Origin: Octopus sinensis | Taxonomy: Eukaryota | DNA: 64,000 nucleotides | Direction of reading: 5' to 3' | NCBI RefSeq assembly: GCF_006345805.1 | Contig: NC_043007.1 | Span: forward strand, 31,558,001-31,622,000 | In this document: piece after piece, positions 52,019-64,000 of the stretch | Position numbering within the stretch: position 1 is the first letter of the stretch | Layout of the letters: each line of letters begins with the position of its first letter | Notes under the pieces: generated by a model | The model's database searches: none | Seen by the model: only the letters and a program-made list of their open reading frames with translations | What the model was told of the DNA's origin: nothing | Position numbers and translations under genes: made by a program

Positions 52019-54069
52019 ATACAATTTTACTGAACCTTCAGTTTTGTTTTTTTATATGCTAGACCACTGGCGTGAAATCTATGTTAATTAAATAGATATC
52101 TAATTTCTCACCCTCATTTAAAATTATTTTTATATATATAGCAAGAAACGGGTTAATCTCAAGTTGTGCGTCTTATAATGAGAGTAAAGTTGCGAATAAG
52201 AAAAGAAGAAAATGAAACTTTATTCCAGTTGCTGCCGTTTTAGGGAGAAGTTTTGGTGGTAGTGCAGCAGTAGTAGTAGTAGCATTTGAGCAGCAGTATT
52301 TCTACAGCAGGCCTAGTGTTTCTACTGCTGCTACTGCTTGGCTAAGGTGGTGCCTGCAGACTCTCTTGCTGTCTCTTACACCCGCAACCACCACCACCAT
52401 CTCTTTATCTCTTTCTGAGTAATACGCCATCGTTCAACCCCGTTTGCCTTCAGTCTGACTTAGCTGACTCAAGCCACCACATCTAGTAACCAAGTCTGCC
52501 AGCCTGCTAGCTCCGAGCTTCTAATCCATTCTTTAGCTATCTACATGTAGATATTTTCATCCCGTCTGTATGTAGTCGGAGCTTGTTGTCCAACAGGTCT
52601 CCCAACTAATTTTATTTTCCCTTACAAGGGATCGAATCCTATTGTCGGACAACTGTTGCGAAGGAATTTTTTTTTTTTTTTAATTTTCGTTAACACAGGA
52701 GAGATGTACCGAGGACTTACTTTATTCACAGATCGTCTGTCTTGGATTGGATTTACGAAACCCAGTTAAACCGTGTCGGATTTCGGACTATTATACAATC
52801 TTGTTTCATCACCGAACCATTCGGCTATTTCTTTCATATTGGGACTTCGGAAAAAATACCTAAAACCACTCACAAAATATAAAACATTAATTTTATCTCA
52901 TACGGGAAAGGGTAAATATCTAAAGTTTCTTTTTGGATTTTTATTGCACACACACACACAGAATAGTTTAGGTCTGTCTCATTTCTGGAGCAAAAACTCG
53001 GTGCTTCGTACATTCGGCACAATCGCTAGAATATCGGATAAAAATGTTGTGCTACATTTATTCCATATTCTGAGTTCGAATCCCACCGAGGTAAAATTTT
53101 GCCTTTTTTCCCTTCAAGGAAGGGAATCGATTAACTGTAGCCCTAACGTCTAATTCCTAAAGTCCGCCAAAATAAACTATCGGTTCAAGTTTAGGTTTGA
53201 TAATTATATCCTACCCCCCTCACTACCTTTGATTTTAAGCAATTATTATTATCATTATTATTATTTTAGATCCTGTTGGTCTCTGAATGAATTAATAAAT
53301 TTAGTCTTAAGAAACGCATGAATGTCTTAAGATTACATTAATCCTTTTCCCTAAAACCAGGCTTAAGACCTACGCCAGAAGCATTAGGGCGGTACCAGAT
53401 GCCATAGTAATGCAGTTGGTTCTCAGCAAACCGAACCTGCGCCAGGTTTCGATTCCTAATTAGGAGCGGTTCATTTAATTTGAAATTCCAGGCGAAACAT
53501 TGTGAAAGACACATTTTCCAAGAGCATTTTTTAAAAAGTTGGTGAATTTCTGCAAACTGTCGAGGGCCAGACTAAATTATTTGCCATCGCTACGTTGTAA
53601 TTTCCTTTTCTATATTTAAATTTCCCAGCGGTTAGTTGACTTCTGTCCTTCTTAGGTTATTAAAAAGTCTATTAAAAAAGAAAACCCCACAGAAAAAGGT
53701 GTAGGGTGGGTTCGTGTGATGGTGTAAGGAATTTTTGACAGATGCCGTAGTGCCGCATTACGTTCTCAGAGTCCGCATCATAGCTGCTAATCTGCTTCTC
53801 AGAGACCATAAATGCCACACCTTTCTGTTTTCACCTCTAGAAATGATTCCAGGTTAATGCATGAATGTGCTGATGTAAGGCTCTTCACAAATTACTAAAC
53901 GCTTTCTCATCTCAGCCCTTAAAAATAATCTGTTTGAATTTGATGCAACCTGTTTTCGATTTTGTCCCCAAGAATGGCCAAAAACCTCTAATGCTCCTGA
54001 TGAAAGCATGAATGCCACTAATTCTTCTTACCTGTTCCTTGCACCCAAACATAATTTCCTTGCATAGTT

Positions 54070-54073
54070 TATG

Positions 54074-54105
<32 letters not shown>

Positions 54106-54302
54106 AACACATACACACACACACACACACACACATAAACACACACACAAACACACACACAAACACATACATACACACACACACACACATATAAACACAT
54201 ACATACACACACATATATAAACATATATACACACACACACACACATATACATATATAAACACACACACACACACACACACATAAACACACACACACACAT
54301 AA

Positions 54303-54339
<37 letters not shown>

Positions 54340-54360
54340 CACATACATACACACACACAC
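54070..54360. repeat. Compound (CA)n/(TA)n tract
   Basis: Directly visible. Confidence 0.9.
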
Positions 54361-54589
54361 AGGTTCTGTGCTTCTGCAAGAAATTATTATTATTTAGGAA
54401 TGTTGTTTGCATTATTTATGCAACAATCTGCAGTGTATTTTTATTTGTCTAAGATGGATGGATGCATACATTTCTACGCACACACGTACCGCATACATCA
54501 TACACTCACTCCTCATTTGGCTTGCTCTCCATGTATTCATGGCGGCGTCAGTCGAGAAAAACTTGGAGGGAGAAAGGTAGCCATTAAAT

Positions 54590-55400
54590 CAGAGAGAGAC
54601 AGAGAGATATACTGAGTGAGAGTGTGGGTGAGAGAGAGAGATAGATAGAGAGAGATTGAGTGAATGGGTGAGAGAGTGATTGAATGAGTGGGTGAGAAGG
54701 GGAGTGAGAGTGAGTGAGTGACTGACAGAATAGAAGTATGAGTAATAGGCAGCAGATAGAAAATAGCAGTAGCAAGGGTGTGAGAGGTGGAGTAACAAGT
54801 GAGGTGAGTGTGAGTGGTAGAGTAAAGGGATAATGAAAGAGAGGGAGTGTTAGTGTGAGAGGTAGAGTACAGCAAGAAAGAGAGGGTGTTTTAGTGTGAG
54901 AGATAGAGAAAGTAACGAAAAGAGAGATTGAGAGTGTGTTAGTATCAGCGGTGAAGGAATAACGTAAGCGAAGGAGTGTTGGTGTGAGTGTTTAAGAAAG
55001 TAATAAAGAATAAGAGGAAGTGTTTGAGAGGTAAAGCAGCAAGAAGGATAGAGAGGGTGCGCTGACGTTAAAGATAAAGTAATAAATAATAGAGAGTGTT
55101 ATTAGTATGAGAGGTAAAGTTATAAAGAAAGAAAGAAAGAGAGCTGCAATAAATTTTGAGAGGTAAAATGATTAAGAAAAGAAAGGGAGTGTTAGTGTGA
55201 GAGCGGTGGAGTAATAAAGTAATAATGAAAGAGAGAGTGTTAGTATGAGAGGTAAAGTTATAAAGAAAGAGGGAGAGAGAGAGCTATGAATTTAGAGAGG
55301 TGACATGATAAGGAAAAGAAAGAGAGTGTTAGTGTGAGAGCGGTGGAGTAATAGAGTAATAACGAAGGAGAGAGGGGGACTGGTCGTATGTGAGAGAGAC
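54590..55400. repeat. Degenerate purine-rich minisatellite (gagagtgttagtgtgagaggt(a/g)aagt units)
   Basis: Recurrent ~40-45-bp motif, very few C on the plus strand; a ~130-bp internal duplication around 55095-55370. Confidence 0.8.
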
Positions 55401-56464
55401 AGAGTAAAGTGTTGTTAGTGTAGTTGTCTCTCCTTGTTCCATACTGCAGCTATTGGCAGCTCTGTCAGCGCCTGTTGCTGGGTAAGGCACACATAATTAT
55501 TACCATTTATAATATATATATATAACCGAGATTTTTGCCTCGACATTTTTCTGCTGCTTGCTTTATACTTTACTAATTCTGAATTTTCATTTCTTATTCT
55601 TTTTTCCCATCCTCTTTTTCTCTAACCGTCCGCGTTCGAAATCAAAAAAAAAAAATGTTGCAGTAAAAATAGTCCCTGACTTTATGGCCACCTTACAAAG
55701 TTTAATCTTTACATATAAATATATATATAATATATATTTATCTGTTCGTAATGTAATTATAATAATTATCAGTTTTATTTGTTCACTATTTTTGTTCAGT
55801 ATTCTCATCAACAAAATATTTCCATTTCTATCCCCTTTTTTTCCCCCTTTTAAGTCATCTTTCCTCCCCCCCTCATTAATTATATTCATGGGGGAAAGTA
55901 ATTACACACAGACACACACACACACACTTTTGTATATTTCTTTATCTTGAATGTCATTGCAAATCATTTCGACATTTCCCCCTCCTCTTGTGTGACTTTG
56001 CTCTTATTATTATATTATATTATATTATTCCCAATTCATAATCAATTCAGAAATTCTCTGGCTTTTTTCTGCTGCCAATGGCCAGTTCCTTAATAGTCTC
56101 CTTGTAATAATGAATTGCGCCCCCCCCCCCCCCAAATGATGATTTATTTCTCTGGCAGCTCAAACAGGTTTTCATAGTAGTACAAAATCATTTTACTTGC
56201 CATATCGATATCTGAGGTGAGGGGGGGATTGAAAATCAAACCTTTTCAGGTAGATTTTTTTTTTAGAAAAATGTATTCCAAGAAAAATTTGTTAACACTT
56301 TTCTCTTCTGCTCTGTAAAATAAAATGTTGGTGAAAAGATGTTAAAAGTGAATCTTTTAAGCTGTTGCCGCCCCCTTCAAATGACCAGGGCATGTCAACC
56401 TGCCGACTGTCAAAGTACTGCTGTCCATTAGGTCAACTAATCATAGACGACACACCCATTTTGA

Positions 56465-56494
56465 TGTATATATATATATATATATATATGAATG

Positions 56495-56547
<53 letters not shown>

Positions 56548-56589
56548 TGTGTGTGTATATATTATATATATATATATTATATATATGAA

Positions 56590-56633
<44 letters not shown>

Positions 56634-56870
56634 ATACATACATAGACATAGACACTTATGTGTGTGTGTATGTATATATGGGTGTGTGTATATATCTGTA
56701 TATATATATATATCTATATGTATATATGTGTGTGTGTATATACATCTATATGTATATGTGTGTGTGTATATACATCTATATATATGTGTGTGTGTATATA
56801 TATCTATATATATGTGTGTGTGTGTGTATATATATTTATGTGCGTGTGTATATATAATATGGGTGTGTAT
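56465..56870. repeat. Compound (TA)n/(TG)n tract with repeated atgaatgtgtgtg units
   Basis: Directly visible. Confidence 0.9.
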
Positions 56871-57789
56871 ATGCTCCTAAGCAGGGTTTCGCCTTTTGTA
56901 TTTGCTGACCGTCTCAAGACTGCCAGCAACTCGGTTTCGATTCCTGATTTATTTCATTTATCCCTAAGCCCTTCCCCAAATACCCTTTATTTAAATCCAA
57001 AAAGAAGAAAGAAAAACAACCACAGTACAAAATAAAAGAGAAAAGGCATGAACGTCATGCAATCCTCTCTCTCTCTTTTCCCTGTTTCCTACATTTTCAG
57101 GCCTTTTGCCTCCATTAAGAAGAAAATCGATAATTCTCTGCAGTAGTATTATTATTACCGTCTCGACTATTATGTCTCATTTAATATTTCTCAATTATAA
57201 TATATCACTGGTTGCTCTATCGATACCACCATCAAACAAGTCTCTATTGTCAAACACTAGGTTTTTTTAAATCGATTTTTAATTATTCCAACCATTTAAT
57301 ACCTCCTTATCTTGTTAAAATACTTAGCTTAGTCGGTTCATTAGCACTTTTGTTTTAATTGCATTTATTAAAATATCTGTTAACCAGTAATTTTATGATG
57401 TACGATCTTCGTTTTGCTTATATAACGAATATATATCCTGTATGATATCTCCAGGTCTCTAAATGCTCTCTAAAAGAACATTTTATGAAGAAAGGCAAGT
57501 GTCGTGTTCTTCTTTGCCAACCATTTTTGCTCCTCGCACAGGAAAAGCAGGTTAGAAATTATTAGCGACCATGGAAGGAACAAGAAGAACACACCACACA
57601 CTTGTAGATGATAATTATGCAAATGTCGACGTCTCTCTGCCTGGTCATACATTTAAAATGAATAATGCTGGCTGGCTTCTATAATGATATATAATGATAA
57701 TAAGCAAGCAGATAAGCAGAGAGCTACTAATCAGGGTCTCTCTACGAGTGTGTATGACATTATACGCATATGCATATATTTATATATAA

Positions 57790-57927
57790 AATATAGCTAT
57801 GCAAATATATATATATATATAATATGGCTATGCCTATATATATATATGTATATATTTATTATATGGCTATGCCTATATATATATTATATATATATATATG
57901 TATGTATATATTTATTATATGGCTATG

Positions 57928-57970
<43 letters not shown>

Positions 57971-58044
57971 TATATATATAATATATATATGTATGTATAT
58001 ATTTATTATATGGCTATGCCTATATATATATATATTATATATAT

Positions 58045-58093
<49 letters not shown>

Positions 58094-58222
58094 ATGTATA
58101 TATTTATTATATGCTATGTATATATATATATATATGTGTGTGTGTATGTATATATTTATTATATGGCTATGTATATATATATATATGTGTGTGTGTATGT
58201 ATATATTTATTATATGGCTATG

Positions 58223-58255
<33 letters not shown>

Positions 58256-58277
58256 ATATTTATTATATGGCTATGCC

Positions 58278-58312
<35 letters not shown>

Positions 58313-58431
58313 ATATTTATTATATGGCTATGCCTATATATATATATATATATATATATATTAATATATATATATATATTATATATATATATATATGTGT
58401 GTGTGTATGTATATATTTATTATATGCTATG

Positions 58432-58464
<33 letters not shown>

Positions 58465-58540
58465 ATGTATATATTATTATATGGCTATGTATATATATAT
58501 ATATGTGTGTGTGTATGTATATATTTATTATATGGCTATG

Positions 58541-58575
<35 letters not shown>

Positions 58576-58598
58576 ATATTATTATATGGCTATGCCTA

Positions 58599-58676
<78 letters not shown>

Positions 58677-58745
58677 TATTATATGGCTATGCCTATATAT
58701 ATATATATGTGTGTGTGTTTATGCCTATATATATATATATATGTA
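57790..58745. repeat. AT-rich minisatellite with ~14 tatatttattatatggctatg cores and (TA)n/(TG)n spacers
   Basis: Directly visible; source of the spurious 139-263 aa ORFs. Confidence 0.95.
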
Positions 58746-60579
58746 TGTATGTATATATACGCGCGCACACACACACATAGTAGTGCGGGCACAGCCAGGC
58801 CGTTGTATGACTGATATTAACCCACTTAAGAGATAATACATTATACTGAGATAATAATACATTACTGCTATTGTCTACCGTTTTTAAATATCTTAATGTC
58901 CACTAATTTAACCTTGATAAAAAGTGAATGACATTCGTTTCTTCCAAGCCGCGATGAGACTCCGTTTACCATTTATCTGATTATTACTATTATCTCTTAA
59001 AACTACTGTAAGGGAAAAGAGAGATTAGATTAATTTATTCTGTAACCCTAAGCGAAATTAACTGTTGATTGTAAGCGATATATTTGATGTCTTCGTCTAT
59101 ATACTGTTAAAAAATTACTTCAGGGAGGGAATAAAAAGGATTAATTATTTTATTTAGGCTTATATATTTTCCTTCTTCAAAGTTAGTACCAACCAAAATG
59201 ACCATTTAATTAGTAACTATTCCCCTATGTAGCTTTCAATTGTATTTTAATTATGAGTTGGGGAGCTGAAGAATCTACCAAGTACGTATTTTGTTTTGTC
59301 TTGGTAAATTTTTCTAGGAGAGAAAAGAATATCTTCTTTCTTTAACCAAGGTTTTAATAAATTATAGTTGAAATGGTATTAATGATATTTAAACGTCAGT
59401 ATTAATCACCTGATACGTCTAAGAATATAGCATTTTTTTTCAGCTCTGATTTACATCATCAATGTTGCAATACTGATGCGGCATATAATAATAGTAATAA
59501 TAATAATAATAATAATAATTCTAAACCTTCTCTGATGACATACATGTGTCTTTTTTTTAAACAAGTCTTTGAAATAGTATACGGATTTTTTAAATATATA
59601 TTTCAATTACTTTTATGTAAAAACTCCTTTTTTTTCGAACTTGTTTGAGATGATGTGGGGGATAATTATATATTCATAAAATAAAAGAGGAAACTGGGTT
59701 TTAAATATAAAGTTGTATACTTTTTCTTTTAAAATAATACATGTAAAAACGCTGGTTTTCTTTTATCCTTAAATAATAGGATCAATTTTGTTTTGAGAGG
59801 AAGAAAAAATCAATTTGAGATGTATTTCTCTCAGCTTTTCAAAGTTCATGAGACAGTTTTTTGTGATCACATTACTAAGAAATAGCTTAAAACAGTAAAT
59901 TTGTAAACGTAGATCACCTTCACAGTTCCCTTGGATATTACCAATGCTTCATATTCATAATTTTATAGTGAAGGGAAATTGCCATTAAAACGTATATGTA
60001 TCAAACAGTTTCTGTTTAGAAATACCTAAGTGGTTTTTAGGTCTGACTAGGCAGCTAGCTTGTTATTGATGTATTTGTCAAGTCAATATGTACAAACTTG
60101 CTTTTTATATTGACTACATTTTGGTGTGTGCTAGTTTTTATATTTGACTCAACCTGCGGCACAACTCGATATCTGCTGCATTTTACATTATTTTTAGCTG
60201 ATTAGATATTAATTGGTATGATCAATAATTGAATCTACGATTTATTAAACTGTATTTAATTTTACGTACGAAGAAATTGTCTTATTTTACTTATGTCAGA
60301 ATAGTTTATTGATTACTGGAGAAAATAGCTGTTGAAACCATTGTTAGTCATCTGTGCAGCTTTTAATATGCGAAGTAAATGTTATGGCAGTGAAGATGAC
60401 CTACAGTACTTCTTCACAATCCTAGGTTCAAATCTGGGTTAAATTGGGGTTTTTTCTCAGTGGGGCGGATCAAAAATAATCAATATGAGTGACATTTATC
60501 TATACGTTTGTCTATCTGTTCGCGAGTGTGAGAGAAAGTGAAATAATCCCTAAAATTATAAAAATATTCTCCATTAGAG

Positions 60580-60637
60580 ATGACGGAGAAAGCAAGCCCG
60601 GCGGCTCAGCATCTCCATAGATTCAAATCTCTGAATA
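60580..60637 (+). CDS. Tentative first coding exon (MTEKASPAAQHLHRFKSLN+a) of a gene continuing to the right
   Basis: CpG-containing unique patch with ATG, 19 open codons and a GTATAT donor, just before a CpG-poor zone. No downstream exon found in the window. Confidence 0.2.
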
Positions 60638-61334
60638 GTATATCCATACATACTAAGGCTAATTCAACTTATATCTACTAGTCTGAATAGTAATCCCAGT
60701 TTACCTTTCTATCTATCCGTTAATGGTTGATATATTTTATTTTATTTTTCATTGCTACGTTTTAATTTTCTGCGATTGTTGTTTAAACTGGTTTTCAATA
60801 TTCTTTCTGATCATTAATAAATGAGCACGAAATTTAATTTTTCTACAGTTTTTCTTTCTTCTAAAAACCTCTACTTTTCGGGGTTGGGGTACATAGCCCT
60901 TAGTAAAAATTTCTACAGTGGAAAATTGTTATATTGCAATCAAGGAATTACAGTGATCTTTCTGGTACTGCGTTTTGCATTTAATTTCATCAATTAATTG
61001 ATATTTTACTAGCCACTTATTTGAGCAACTGGGTGGATATTAGTGATGTAAATTTGGGTAAATTATGACAGATGACGAAAAAGAAATAAACCCAAGAGAC
61101 CAGCATTTTGAAAATATTTCACTAATTCTGGATTAACATTATCCAAGTCAGATTTAAGATCTGTACCATTTGGGGGTGGGGTAGACTACTGATACTATTA
61201 CGAGATACAAAAAACTATATAAAGATGCCATTTTTTTGTTAATATATCTGCCAAAAATATTAATCCCAAAAGAGAAAAGTGTATGTATCCTGGTCTTTAA
61301 CTTTGGTTAATGGTTGTAAATGAGCAGTCATCAC

Positions 61335-61495
61335 TTTACAAGTGAGGTTTGATTCCTGGTTGTGAGGAAATATTAGTTTGCTTGGAAACCGGTGCGGGTT
61401 GGTGACAGGATTAGCATCCAACCACAGCAAATCAGCTTCAACTAACTGCATGTGAGCCATGGAAGCATGGAAAAGTGGACATTAAATAGTGATGC
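61335..61495 (+). mobile_element. SINE/LINE 3' tail fragment (RTE-like tail)
   Basis: ggttggtgacaggattagcatccaacc...gcatggaaaagtggacattaaa..gatg; a related piece lies at 63600-63770. Confidence 0.55.
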
Positions 61496-64000
61496 TAATA
61501 TATATTGGAGAGCAGGTCAAACTTGAGCATGTCCATAGATCAGCCAAGTTGTCATTAAGCACCAGGACAAGAACAGTTCAACCAAATTTACCTTTCTTGA
61601 CACAGCACAATGGTATAATATTTCTGGTCAGCTCAATACAGGTTTCACTCATTTCATTCGTGGTGCCTTACTAGAACTTCTATATATAAATTTTTCAACT
61701 TGCCTTTTTTTCTTGTACCATTATGGAATCAAGACAGTTACTTCAACCATTTTCCTTGCAAAAACACATTTTTATATCTTATAACCTTCACTTTGTTATG
61801 GCATTCTCTATTTCTTTCATCATCATTAACAAACTGTAAGATAGTTTTAAAATCAGTGTTATTATAGGAAGCGATAGCAGTGCAGATAGAATATTATCAA
61901 AAACTAACAACAAAGACATTGGAATGTTGTCTTAGAAGTATTTAATTAGTCCTGATATTTTGAGTTTAAAACTCCTTTTCAAAGTTTTTACGGGAAGAGA
62001 AACAAACTGTGTTTTGCTCTTTAAAGTCTTTGAAATGTCGTTTTTAACTCAAAATATCAAGGCTAATTAAATATTTCTTGGGTGACATTTCAATAACTTT
62101 GTCATTTTTTACATTTAATGTCGTATCTGCATTCCTATTTCTGTTTATAAATGCACAGATTTTCTACACAACTTCACAAATATTTCAAGCACGCTATAAC
62201 ACTTCTAAGTTGTTTCAAAACAAGGCAGATAAGACACACACATGCACTGTGGTTGTAGTGTTAATTGTTGAACTATTTAACCACATGAGTTGCATACTCC
62301 ATTGGTTTGATCACCATTCATTATTCTGCCTGCTTCAGGTTACCCGATAACTTATCCTCCTACCCTTCATTTGTAAACTCTAACATCCAGCAATAAAAGG
62401 AATTGCACTGAGTAAAGCTGTCTCATTTATTTGAATGTTGAAAATAAATCCAAGCAGCATAGGACTGACTCATGGGAGTGTTTTTGGAAATATAACAGAA
62501 ATGGAGAACCTTTTTATTTTCAAAAAGCCATTTGGGTTTCAGTATGGGTCAACATTTTAGAACTATTGAGTCCTCTAAAATTTGTGTTATTAAAATATAA
62601 AAGATAATTTGAAGTTTATGTGGATATATTACCAAATTTCCATTTTGGTAGTTTGAAAATCTTTTCTGTATGATTTAATGTCAAAGAACTGTTGTGTAAA
62701 GATGACCTACATTTCTCTATTGATTTAATAGGAAAATTGCTAGAGGTGTTTCAAACTAGACAGTAGTAGTAGTAGTATTTATAATGAATTTTGTGAAGGA
62801 TAGTTGCAACACAATGTTTAAACCAAAAGAACAAGGTAGTTGGGTAGGTATTGTGGAGTTTGTGACTTCAGTTAGAAAACTGACTGGTCATATACTTGGG
62901 GAGTTTGTATGGAAATAAATTAGGAAGTGTTGAATATAAGTTCCCAAAGTAAATGAATCTATCAATTAGTATAATGACGAAGTGAAGCTTCAGGCTGATA
63001 ACTGTTGCTTGAAGACCTGCTAATATATATATGTGCAATATATATACAACTGATAATGAATGTTAATTTAATGTGGTAGTCTTTCTATTTGATGTCATCT
63101 CTATTGAAGGGTTATAGATTAAGTGCATTATACGTAATAATATAATCAATGAGGTATAATGAAAATTGAGACGTTTATTTATGGACCGTTTGGGTTAGTA
63201 TTTCAGATCTACAGAACTTAGATTTAATGAAAACCATTCAAGTAGTCCTTGACTAATTAGCATTTTGTCAAACTTATCCAGCTGTTATAAAATTAACAGG
63301 TTTCTATGTGATGAAAATGCCTTGTTTGTCATTAAAGAAAACCTGGCATAGTTTTGGCAATTGATTATAATTCAGTTTGTTTGCCTAAAAATACTTTTTA
63401 CAGATTTTAAGTAAATGGGTGTGGATGTCTGCAATGAGGCTGTTAAGCGAAATTAATCATAAAGCCATTAGGCTCTTCACTGTCTTCTCTCCTTTTCCAA
63501 CTGGGGTAGCCATATGTCTCCTCTACTGCAAGACAATTGTTTCAGTCCTTTTATCATACTTTAACCTCTCTATACCTAGCATGAAGCCTTCTCCCTTGGT
63601 GCCACACCCCATCATTTGAGGGATCTTGTCTTAGTAACTACTTGGTGAGCTCACTAGCACCAGTACCATGCAAAAAAAAAAAAAAAGAAAAACCTTCAGC
63701 ATGTTGAAATGGTTGGCATTAGGAGGGGCATGAGAAATAGATGTTAAATGATGGTGAGAATGATAATGATATGAAAAAGAAGCTTTTGGATGAAACCATT
63801 TTATGAGGAATCTTTAAGTTTGTTTGCTTAATGAAATTCTTTGACAATGTAGATTCAAGAAGTCTGTTGCAAAATTGTATATACTAAAACTGTATTAAAG
63901 AATTATGAAGCATTGACAGATAACTTGTTCCTCTTTATGACTGCCTAATCCTAACAAGAACACAGAAGTGTCCAGACTTTAACCTTTTCGTTACTATATT

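Noticed and set aside
52538-52553. 16-bp perfect palindrome tatctacatgtagata
   Set aside because: About one such palindrome is expected by chance in an AT-rich 64-kb window.
53370-53870. Two short minus-strand peptides sharing an EN..(R/Y)(H/Y)YGI-like motif
   Set aside because: No splice support or homology; probably coincidental.
60463-60468. GC box GGGCGG upstream of the candidate exon
   Set aside because: It lies within a decayed family B SINE-like segment.
60580-60637. Resemblance of MTEKASPAAQHLHRFKSLN to importin-alpha N-termini (e.g. PAARLHRFKNKG)
   Set aside because: Too short, lacks the NK residues, and no IBB-domain exon follows in the window, so no gene symbol is assigned.

Overview
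AT-rich, repeat-dense eukaryotic (animal) genomic DNA. The SINE families and microsatellite load match what I recall of Octopus (coleoid cephalopod) genomes; this assignment is inference. Nearly all ORFs in the supplied track are translations of microsatellites or SINEs. The window is dominated by three abundant tRNA-derived SINE families plus rarer ones. It also holds remnants of R4/Dong-clade, RTE-clade and Penelope-like retroelements, Tc1/mariner deletion derivatives, MITE-like foldbacks, minisatellites and very many microsatellites. The only long recognisable protein-coding segment is a decayed R4/Dong C-terminal zinc-knuckle/REL-endonuclease fragment (39181-39975, minus). The best host-gene candidate is a two-exon minus-strand small ORF (43144-43071 joined to 5648-5552) giving a 56-aa protein across a ~37.4-kb intron; it is unverified. 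Several Penelope-type remnants keep a minimal hammerhead-ribozyme architecture. The right end (50-64 kb) is SINE-poor, with splice signals and a CpG-poor zone that suggest another gene. I found no rRNA, true tRNA, snRNA or CRISPR array. SINE boundaries are approximate (about +/-15 bp).
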